A DNA stretch of 64,000 nucleotides from a virus, in IMG/VR virus record IMGVR_UViG_3300025617_000013, positions 23,664 to 87,663 of that record; one strand, given 5' to 3'. Shown here one piece after another: positions 39,442-47,216 of the stretch; position 1 is the stretch's first letter, and each line of letters begins with the position of its first letter. The notes under the pieces are model-generated. The model saw nothing but the letters and a program-made list of their open reading frames with translations. It was not told the origin of the DNA and did not search any database. A program made the translations under genes and the position numbers.

Positions 39442-40128
39442 ATGAGTTCAAACCATCATACGGACGATGTATTCGTTCAAAAGAGAAGACCAAAGAACCC
39501 AATTAAATTTAACGTTCAATTAAATAGCGAACAAAAAACAGCAAAGCAATTAATTTTAGATAACCCGATTACTGTTATAAAAGGAATGGCAGGATCCGGT
39601 AAGACTTTAGTTTCTACACAAGTAGCATTAGATCTGTTATTTACAAAGCAGGTAGAAAAGATTATTATAACAAGACCTACTGTGTCTAAAGAAGATATAG
39701 GTTTCCTACCAGGAGATATAAGGGAAAAAATGGACCCTTGGTTAGCACCAATATATCATAACTTATACATGTTGTATAATAAAGAGAAGATAGATAAAGA
39801 ATTAGAGAATGAAAATATAGAAATAGTACCTTTTGCTTTTATGAGAGGTAGGACTTTCTTAAATTCTTTTGTCATAGTAGATGAAGCTCAAAATGTTACC
39901 CATAATCAAATGGAAACTGTAATCGGTAGATTAGGTGTAAATTCCAAGATGGTAATATGCGGGGATATAGCACAGATAGACCTTAAAGATAAAAGAGAAA
40001 CAGGATTTTCTTTTCTGTCTAGAGTAGAAGAACAAGTAGAAGGGTTTAGTACTATAGCATTAGAAAAGAATCACAGACATGATATAGTATCTCCTATACT
40101 AAAAGTATATCAAACCTTCAGAGATTAG
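39442..40128 (+). CDS. phoH: PhoH-family ATPase
   Basis: 'GMAGSGKT', 'ITRP', 'GFLPGD', 'MRGRTF', 'DEAQN', 'GDIAQIDL' and 'RH' motifs. Start moved from GTG 39400 to ATG 39442. Confidence 0.9.
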   Translation: MSSNHHTDDVFVQKRRPKNPIKFNVQLNSEQKTAKQLILDNPITVIKGMAGSGKTLVSTQVALDLLFTKQVEKIIITRPTVSKEDIGFLPGDIREKMDPWLAPIYHNLYMLYNKEKIDKELENENIEIVPFAFMRGRTFLNSFVIVDEAQNVTHNQMETVIGRLGVNSKMVICGDIAQIDLKDKRETGFSFLSRVEEQVEGFSTIALEKNHRHDIVSPILKVYQTFRD

Positions 40129-40132
40129 TCAC

Positions 40133-40140
40133 TATTTATA
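40133..40140 (+). promoter_or_regulatory. TATTTATA putative late promoter
   Basis: 22 nt upstream of ATG 40155. Confidence 0.65.
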
Positions 40141-40154
40141 TATAAACTAATACT

Positions 40155-41297
40155 ATGGCTGATATCTCTATATGGAACGGCAGTTCGACTTTTTCTCCCG
40201 GACAGACACCATTTGGTTTTTACGATACAGACTCAACATTTCAAGCTGAAGCCGATAAAGTAGCTCATTTTTGTGCTACTAGATTAGGTTATCCGTTAAT
40301 GGATGTAGAATTACAATCAGGTTCATTCTATGCTTGCTTTGAAGAAGCAGTAACTACATATGGAAACGAAGTCTTTCAATACCAAATAAGAGAAAACTAC
40401 ATTTCATTAGAAGGTTCAGATAGTACGACTACTGCTAATAATAAACTTATTAACCCATCTTTAGATAGAGTAGTAAATATATCAAAAAATTACGGAACAG
40501 AAGCAGAAGTAGGTGGATTTGTAACTAAATATACAGGTTCTCTAACTATGTCAGCATCAGTTCAAGAGTATGATTTAGATCAATGGGCTATAGATCAAGG
40601 TATTACCGGATCTATTGAAGTAAGAAAAGTATTTTACGAAGCACCTCCAGCAATATTAAGGTATTTTGACCCTTATGCAGGTACTGGAACAGGAGTTCAG
40701 TCATTAATGGATGCTTTTGACTTCGGATCATATAGTCCTGGAGTAAACTTCTTAATGATGCCAGCATCTTTTGATATGTTAAAAGTACAGGCTATAGAAT
40801 TTAATGATCAAATTAGAAGATCTACCTATTCTTTCGAAATGTCTAATAATAAGTTAAGAATTTTTCCTATTCCTAGCAGTAATGCTAACCTTAGATTTGA
40901 TTATTATAAGGTAGATGAGAAAAAAGCAGCTTCATTCTTAGACGGTACAGGTTTAATTACCAATGTATCTGAAGTTCCCTATTCTAATATTACCTATGAA
41001 GGTGTAAATAGTGTAGGAAGACAGTGGATTTATAGATATGCTTTAGCTTTAGCAAAAGAATTACTAGGATACATAAGAGGAAAGTATCAAACAGTACCAG
41101 TACCTGGTTCTGAAGCAACTCTCAACCAAGCCGACCTTCTAGCTGATGCTAGATCTGAAAAAGAAAGCTTAATTACTAATTTAAGAGAAATGCTTGAACA
41201 AACATCAAGACAATCTCAGTTAGAACGTAAAGCTAATGAAGGAGACAACTTAAATAGGACTCTAAAAGAAGTTCCTATGACAATTTTTATAGGATAA
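40155..41297 (+). CDS. Neck/head-tail adaptor protein (T4 gp13-like)
   Basis: 'RLGYPLMDVEL' N-terminal and 'WIYRYALALAKELLG.IRGKY...LN' C-terminal motifs. Confidence 0.75.
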   Translation: MADISIWNGSSTFSPGQTPFGFYDTDSTFQAEADKVAHFCATRLGYPLMDVELQSGSFYACFEEAVTTYGNEVFQYQIRENYISLEGSDSTTTANNKLINPSLDRVVNISKNYGTEAEVGGFVTKYTGSLTMSASVQEYDLDQWAIDQGITGSIEVRKVFYEAPPAILRYFDPYAGTGTGVQSLMDAFDFGSYSPGVNFLMMPASFDMLKVQAIEFNDQIRRSTYSFEMSNNKLRIFPIPSSNANLRFDYYKVDEKKAASFLDGTGLITNVSEVPYSNITYEGVNSVGRQWIYRYALALAKELLGYIRGKYQTVPVPGSEATLNQADLLADARSEKESLITNLREMLEQTSRQSQLERKANEGDNLNRTLKEVPMTIFIG

Positions 41298-41593
41298 TGA
41301 AATTAGCTAATATAATATCTGAAATAGAATTTTTTACCTATGTAGGAATGATACAAGTAGTTTATGAGGGTCTAACTACCGTTGAAATAGCTGATTTATT
41401 ACGTGCTTTACCCGGTGTTACTACTGTTACTATAGCAGCCGACTTAGGAGAAGGTAGAGAAAACTTAAAAATTAAACTAATATCACAGAAAGGCGGTAAA
41501 GAAGCTTTTCAAGCGTTTAAAAGTAATGCTATAAGTAAATATAAACCTATTAAGATACTAAAAGTAGCTGAAAATACAATAGAAAAGAAATAA
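41297..41593 (+). CDS. Small protein with MKLANIISE leader
   Basis: 98 aa; 'LRALPGVTTV' suggests a ferredoxin/ACT-like fold. Confidence 0.55.
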   Translation: MKLANIISEIEFFTYVGMIQVVYEGLTTVEIADLLRALPGVTTVTIAADLGEGRENLKIKLISQKGGKEAFQAFKSNAISKYKPIKILKVAENTIEKK

Positions 41594-42093
41594 TGCTGTT
41601 CGGATCAAATAGAGATTTTAATTTATTAGTTAATATCAATAGAGAACTAATAAAAGACGTAGTAGAACAGGAAATACTGTACTACAAACTAGATCTATAT
41701 GGTACTGAAGCAAATATATACGGAGAAGCATCGAATAAGAGCTATAATCAACCAATTAAACTAAATTGTTTAGTTACAAGAGGAGATCAAGTAATAACAA
41801 ACGATGAATTCGGCCCAGATCTAATTAGAGAGATGTCTTTTGCATTTATAAGACAAGATCTTGAAGATTCTGTAACATATCCCGAAGTAGGTGATATAAT
41901 TATGTGGCATGAAGATTATTTCCAGGTTGATACAGTAAGAGAGAATGAATTGTTTATGGGTAGAGATAAAAATTATAATTTATCTAATTACGCCAACAAG
42001 TTTGGTTCATCTTTATCTATAATAACCGATACTCATCTTACTAGAATTGAAGATACAGGAATAACCTTTGCAAATTCACCAAATAACATTTAA
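41593..42093 (+). CDS. Head closure/neck protein (gp14-like)
   Basis: 'IYGEA', 'FG.D' and 'PEVGDII.W....FQV' pattern; position after the gp13-like gene. Confidence 0.6.
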   Translation: MLFGSNRDFNLLVNINRELIKDVVEQEILYYKLDLYGTEANIYGEASNKSYNQPIKLNCLVTRGDQVITNDEFGPDLIREMSFAFIRQDLEDSVTYPEVGDIIMWHEDYFQVDTVRENELFMGRDKNYNLSNYANKFGSSLSIITDTHLTRIEDTGITFANSPNNI

Positions 42094-43346
42094 TGTCTAA
42101 GAATAAACCTATACCAAAAACACAAAAACAACTCTCAGAGGATTTAAGAGAGCCGTACCTTAATCAAGGTGCTACTCCTTCTGTGAATCCTAAAAGAAGA
42201 GAACTGCAGCGTGCTATTAAAGAAGATGATGGTAAAAGGTTTAATGTTGGACTAAGAGAAATAGATGAAGCAATCTTTTACTACTTTGATAATGTAATTA
42301 AACCTAAAGTAGTAAGAAATAATAGGGAAGTTAACGTTCCTGTCTTATATGGTTCACCAGAAAGATGGAAAGCCGTACAAGCAGACGGGTTTTATAGAGA
42401 TAGAAACGGTAAAATACTTACTCCTCTTATAATGGTTAAGAGAGATTCTTTAGAAAAGAATAGATCCTTAGGTAATAAGTTAGATGCTAATAATCCTGTT
42501 AATTTTGGTATATTTGAAAAGAGATACTCTAACAAAAACGTATATGATAGGTTTAGTAGGTTAAATAATAGGGAAGAAATAAAAGAATACCAAGGGGTAG
42601 TAATACCTGATTTTGTAAATATTACGTATTCGTGTATTATTTTTACACAGTATGTAGAACAAATGAATAAATTAGTAGAATCTATTAATTATGCTTCGGA
42701 TGCTTACTGGGGAGACCCAAATAAGTTTAATTTTAGAGCAATGATTGATAGTTATACTACTGCTACTGAATTAACCCAGGGTCAAGATAGAACTGTAAAG
42801 ACTAATTTTACTATATCTTTACTAGGACACATAGTACCTGATTCAATTAATGCTGCTTTACAAGGAAGTAGTAAGTTTTTCTCTAAAGGTAGAGTAAATT
42901 TTGGATTAGAAACAGTATCAGAAGTTGCAGAGATCGACAGAAATAGATTTGACATCGCCAGAACGAATTCTACTAGAAGTAAATTCTATGATAAGATTGG
43001 TGAGACTTTAGATTTAACACAAATAGGGGAATCAATGACAGCAGAACAGAAACTTTATGTATCTCTTCGTAGAATATACAGCAGTAACAGTACAGTAGTA
43101 GTGGTAGATAATAATATTAAGACTATAGTTTGGGAAGGATTGACAATAGCAACCCCACCAGTAGGTTTCCCAGCTTTAGGAGTTACAGATTTTGAGGTAT
43201 TTATAAATGGAGTGATAGTTGAGACGGATGCAATAGATTCTATTGTACAGTCAGGAGCGGATGTTACCGTAACCTTTAACTCAGGTCTAGAATATCCAAT
43301 AGAGGATTCAGATGAGTTCACTATAATCGGTAAATTTGTAGTTTAG
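42093..43346 (+). CDS. Tail terminator/completion protein (gp15-like) with C-terminal extension
   Basis: 'VPVLYGSPERW', 'P....ITY..II.T.Y.EQMNKLVE' and synteny. Confidence 0.6.
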   Translation: MSKNKPIPKTQKQLSEDLREPYLNQGATPSVNPKRRELQRAIKEDDGKRFNVGLREIDEAIFYYFDNVIKPKVVRNNREVNVPVLYGSPERWKAVQADGFYRDRNGKILTPLIMVKRDSLEKNRSLGNKLDANNPVNFGIFEKRYSNKNVYDRFSRLNNREEIKEYQGVVIPDFVNITYSCIIFTQYVEQMNKLVESINYASDAYWGDPNKFNFRAMIDSYTTATELTQGQDRTVKTNFTISLLGHIVPDSINAALQGSSKFFSKGRVNFGLETVSEVAEIDRNRFDIARTNSTRSKFYDKIGETLDLTQIGESMTAEQKLYVSLRRIYSSNSTVVVVDNNIKTIVWEGLTIATPPVGFPALGVTDFEVFINGVIVETDAIDSIVQSGADVTVTFNSGLEYPIEDSDEFTIIGKFVV

Positions 43347-44062
43347 TGGCTTTAGTAGAATGGAAACAGATAAATAGTGATTTAAAAAGTTCGGGAGACC
43401 TAACCGGTTCCTTATATCTTTCAGGCTCACAAGAAATAACAGGTTCACTATTTACTAGTGGAGGAATAGTTAGTTTTGATGCTTACCCTTGGCCAGAAGC
43501 AGGAAATGAGACTCATATTCTTAAAACACAAGCGTTTGAGTTAGAGTTTAACGGAGTTACCCGTTCTTATGAGTATATGGGTATAGCTTTAGAGCACTAT
43601 GAGACTAATTTCGATTATTATCATAACTCTCTTTTACTTTATACCTATAATGATCATGATAATCCAAGTTTCGGTGCTGAGTTAAATATAGGACCAATAC
43701 GAAGTCACTTACGACAGTATGCTTCAGGTTCAGATAACTTAGGTAATGTATCATTTAGGGAAAAGTATGATGGTAGAATACAAGGTTTACTTTATGCCAA
43801 TGAACTCCAAATAGGTAAGTACTTAGGGGAAGATATTGGAATAGGTAACGATTCTGCTAGCGTTCATATTACAGGTTCTCTTAATTTAAGATTAGACGGT
43901 GTAGAACAGTACTTCTCTGTTAATATAGATGGTTCTCCTCAAGTAAAAGTAAACGAAGAAGGTACTTTACAGGTTTACCCTAAAACAGAAACACCAACAG
44001 CAGTAACAGGAGGACTATTCTATAGTTCCTCAAATGAATATTATTTAGGTTTTAATAGTTAA
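43346..44062 (+). CDS. Virion structural protein (fibre-associated)
   Basis: TGS/SGS-rich, N-terminal 'WKQI', within the structural operon; GTG start overlaps the upstream stop. Confidence 0.5.
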   Translation: MALVEWKQINSDLKSSGDLTGSLYLSGSQEITGSLFTSGGIVSFDAYPWPEAGNETHILKTQAFELEFNGVTRSYEYMGIALEHYETNFDYYHNSLLLYTYNDHDNPSFGAELNIGPIRSHLRQYASGSDNLGNVSFREKYDGRIQGLLYANELQIGKYLGEDIGIGNDSASVHITGSLNLRLDGVEQYFSVNIDGSPQVKVNEEGTLQVYPKTETPTAVTGGLFYSSSNEYYLGFNS

Positions 44063-44066
44063 CGTA

Positions 44067-44074
44067 TATTTATA
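44067..44074 (+). promoter_or_regulatory. TATTTATA putative late promoter
   Basis: 32 nt upstream of ATG 44099. Confidence 0.65.
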
Positions 44075-44098
44075 TAAGATTAAACATCTCTTTTTACT

Positions 44099-44875
44099 AT
44101 GGCAATTTGGAAAAAAATACTTGTTAGTGGATCTAGCATTCATGTAAACGAAATAACAGCATCATCATTAACTAATAACAATCTTATTGTTGTTGGTTCA
44201 GGTGGAGCACTTGAGAACAGTGGACTAACCTTTGACGGTTCTGCAGTTACACTTACAGGTGCTAAATTAATTGTTCCAGGAGATATATCTGGAAGTGGAG
44301 ATTTAAAAATCTCTGGTAGTACAGTTATTGATACTAATTTAACAGTAGGAGGAACTTCAACATTTACTGGCGGAGTTCAATTATCTGGAGATTTAGATGT
44401 CGATGGTAATATAGCCGGTGATGGTAATTTAGATATAGCCGGTAACGGTAAAATTACTGGAAGTTTTGAAGTAGACGGTGCTTCTACTTTTAATAGTGAA
44501 GTAACAATTTCAGGAACTAACAATTTAAGAGTTGGTGGTGATATAATAGTAGATGGAGATTTTACCTACTTAAATACTGCTAACTTATTTGTAGAGGATA
44601 AATTTATTCTTTTAAATTCTGGTTCTGCTAATCCTGATGAAGGAGGTCTTATTATAGATGAAGGTAATGCAACAGGACATGCTTTTGTATATGATGCAGA
44701 CTCATCTAGATTTGCTTTTACAGGATCTTTAGATTCTACAGCTACTTCAGTAACACCAGATGCATTCGTTGCAGCAGTAGTACATGAAGGATCAGGACAT
44801 ACAGATGTACCGGAATACCAAAAAGCGGGTAACATCAAAGTAGATTCTTCTGACGAAATTTGGATTTACGTTTAA
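44099..44875 (+). CDS. Virion structural protein with beta-helix repeats
   Basis: 'GDL.V.G' repeats; N-terminus MAIWKKILVSGS matches MPNWKKLIVSGS of 45188. Confidence 0.6.
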   Translation: MAIWKKILVSGSSIHVNEITASSLTNNNLIVVGSGGALENSGLTFDGSAVTLTGAKLIVPGDISGSGDLKISGSTVIDTNLTVGGTSTFTGGVQLSGDLDVDGNIAGDGNLDIAGNGKITGSFEVDGASTFNSEVTISGTNNLRVGGDIIVDGDFTYLNTANLFVEDKFILLNSGSANPDEGGLIIDEGNATGHAFVYDADSSRFAFTGSLDSTATSVTPDAFVAAVVHEGSGHTDVPEYQKAGNIKVDSSDEIWIYV

Positions 44876-44894
44876 AATAGTATATAATATAGTT

Positions 44895-45086
44895 ATGGGA
44901 TTATTAGATAAAGGCAGAACTAAGCCTAGTAATACGGGTACGGAATTAACTCAAGCAGGTTTAACCAAAGAAGATTTTAAATTTATTCTTGCTAAATTAA
45001 GATTAGCAGATTATAAAGGAACAGAATTTGAAGCTTTTTACGCCGTATACACAAAAATACAAGATCATATAAATAATCAAAAATAA
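44895..45086 (+). CDS. Small hypothetical protein
   Basis: 63-aa ORF followed by a terminator. Confidence 0.55.
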   Translation: MGLLDKGRTKPSNTGTELTQAGLTKEDFKFILAKLRLADYKGTEFEAFYAVYTKIQDHINNQK

Positions 45087-45090
45087 GTAG

Positions 45091-45110
45091 AGGGGCTTTT
45101 AAGCCCTTTT
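45091..45110 (+). terminator. Probable rho-independent terminator
   Basis: GGGCT-TTTA-AGCCC hairpin followed by TTTT. Confidence 0.65.
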
Positions 45111-45112
45111 GC

Positions 45113-45120
45113 TATTTATA
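45113..45120 (+). promoter_or_regulatory. TATTTATA putative late promoter
   Basis: Between the terminator and the structured leader of 45188. Confidence 0.65.
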
Positions 45121-45180
45121 GGTATATTATAGGCCCGAAAGGGAAGTGGGCGGGAACGAACCCGTAACCTACCGTAATAG
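45121..45180 (+). ncRNA. Candidate structured cis-regulatory RNA (three-way junction), family unrecognised
   Basis: GC-rich island: TAGG/CCTA closing stem, CCC-GAAA-GGG and CGGG-AACGAA-CCCG hairpins, outer TATTA/TAATA pairing. Confidence 0.5.
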
Positions 45181-45187
45181 AGAAGAT

Positions 45188-47215
45188 ATGCCCAATTGGA
45201 AAAAACTGATAGTCAGTGGATCAGATGCGCACCTGAATTCACTTGACATTGCAACATTTATATCCGCTTCCAACTTTGAAGGTGGATTATTCAAAGGAGA
45301 TGGTTCACAACTCACAAACATCTCTGCCTCTTATTTATCAAACGAACTTACAGCCAGTATTTCTGGTGCATTTAATTCTGTTTCTCAATCTATTGCTTCT
45401 GATATAGAAGATATTGTAGATGGGACAACAACAGTAACATCCGCCTCTTACGCTTTAACAGCTTCTTATGCATTGAATGCAGGTGGAGGTACAGGAGTAG
45501 GCTTTCCTTTTAGCGGTTCAGCTATTATCACAGGATCTCTCTTAGTATCTAGTTCATTTGTAGACTTTACAAATGCTACCGTAATATCAGGCTCTATATT
45601 TAGTGGTTCTTTTGTAGGAGATGGTTCCGGTCTAACAGGATTAGCCGGAGATGTAGATACAGGTTCATTATTAACCACAGCTTCTGCAGCCGGTTCTACT
45701 ATTACTTTTGAAAAAGGTGATGGATCAACCTTTGACGTTTCTATAGCAGCTTCTGCTTCTTCAGCAGATGCACTAGTAACTGCTTCTATAGACGGCTCCA
45801 CTCTTACATTTGAAAAAGGAGATGCTTCTACTTTTGATATCATACTACCATCAGGAGGTAATGGATATTCTGGAGAGACTGCAACAGCAATACTCTCACA
45901 ATCAACAGCAGCTGAAACCTGGAGCTTTGCACACAACCTAAACGAAAGACATCCAGTTATTACAGTTTATGATGATAACGAAGATGTAATCGTACCGAAT
46001 ACTATTTCAGTAGTAGATGAGAATAATTTAGATATTATATTCTCTACTACTAGAACAGGTTATGCTACAGCAGTAGTTGTAGGAGTTAGTTCTTCTTTTG
46101 CTACTACAGCATCTTATATAGAATCTTTAAATGTTGACGGTCCATTAGGATTAGATAGTATAACTTCTGCTTCCTATGCATTAACTGCATCTTATGCTGA
46201 TGACTTTAACGCTAACAATATAACAGCTACATCATTTACAGGTTCTTTCTCAGGTTCTTTTTACGGAGACGGTTCTAACCTATCAGGAGTAACTTCTTAT
46301 ACAGATGTAGATACTTTAGAATATATTAACAGTATTGGAGTAGTATCAAGCTCTGCCCAGATTAATACAGGTTCTTTCTCTGGCTCTTTCTTTGGAGACG
46401 GTACAGGATTAACCGGACTTGGGTATGGAGATACTAAAAAACTATATCAAACAGTAGCAGCAACTACATGGTCGTTTAACCATAATATGGTCGAACAGTA
46501 TCCAACAGTTACTGTATACAACGATTTAAATGAAGTAGTACAGCCAACTAAAATAGTAGCGGTAGATTCTTCTTCTTTAGATATATACTTTGGAATACCG
46601 ACAGCAGGTACAGCGGTAGCTGTAGTAGGTGGTGTAGCAACCACCCAAGAAGCAGGGTATAATAGAGTATTAGAACAAACATTATCGGCCACTACTTGGT
46701 CATTTACCCATAACCTAGGGAATAAATACCCACAAGTATCGGTATATGATTCTAGTGATGAATTAATTATACCTGGTAAGTTAGAAGCAGTAGATCAGAA
46801 TAATTTAATTATATATTTTGATAACCCTCATGCAGGTACTGCAACCGCTACAGTAGGAGGAACATCTCTTACAGCGTCTTATGCCGATAGTTTAGTAATA
46901 AGTGATACACTTCTTACATATCAAGATAATACTGATGTAGATACAGGGACAGAGACTATAGCAACGGTATCAACTTCTACTTATGATGGTGCTTTTTTTG
47001 ATTATATTATTAAAGACGGAACTAACTTTAGAGCCGGTACTGTTTTATCAGTATGGGATGGTTCTTCAATAGAATATACAGAAACTTCAACTCAAGATAT
47101 AGGAAACACCACAGGTGTAACCATGTCAGTAGATATATCAGGAACTGATGCTAGACTAAGAGCAACCACAACATCAGATAATTGGAACATAAAAGCATTT
47201 GTAAGAGCATTATAG
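45188..47215 (+). CDS. Fibre-like structural protein with three 'W.F.HN....P...VY' domains
   Basis: ATG 45188 (MPNWKKLIVSGS) preferred over GTG 45146; SGS-rich repeats. Confidence 0.7.
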   Translation: MPNWKKLIVSGSDAHLNSLDIATFISASNFEGGLFKGDGSQLTNISASYLSNELTASISGAFNSVSQSIASDIEDIVDGTTTVTSASYALTASYALNAGGGTGVGFPFSGSAIITGSLLVSSSFVDFTNATVISGSIFSGSFVGDGSGLTGLAGDVDTGSLLTTASAAGSTITFEKGDGSTFDVSIAASASSADALVTASIDGSTLTFEKGDASTFDIILPSGGNGYSGETATAILSQSTAAETWSFAHNLNERHPVITVYDDNEDVIVPNTISVVDENNLDIIFSTTRTGYATAVVVGVSSSFATTASYIESLNVDGPLGLDSITSASYALTASYADDFNANNITATSFTGSFSGSFYGDGSNLSGVTSYTDVDTLEYINSIGVVSSSAQINTGSFSGSFFGDGTGLTGLGYGDTKKLYQTVAATTWSFNHNMVEQYPTVTVYNDLNEVVQPTKIVAVDSSSLDIYFGIPTAGTAVAVVGGVATTQEAGYNRVLEQTLSATTWSFTHNLGNKYPQVSVYDSSDELIIPGKLEAVDQNNLIIYFDNPHAGTATATVGGTSLTASYADSLVISDTLLTYQDNTDVDTGTETIATVSTSTYDGAFFDYIIKDGTNFRAGTVLSVWDGSSIEYTETSTQDIGNTTGVTMSVDISGTDARLRATTTSDNWNIKAFVRAL

Positions 47216-47216
47216 T

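Noticed and set aside
45121-45180. tRNA or known self-cleaving ribozyme
   Set aside because: Too short for a cloverleaf, no T-loop GTTC, and no hammerhead CTGANGA/GAAA core or other catalytic consensus that I can recognise; kept only as an unknown structured RNA.
45146-45187. GTG start and 14-aa N-terminal extension for the 689-aa ORF
   Set aside because: The GTG lies inside the structured GC-rich leader; ATG 45188 gives MPNWKKLIVSGS, matching the N-terminus of 44099.
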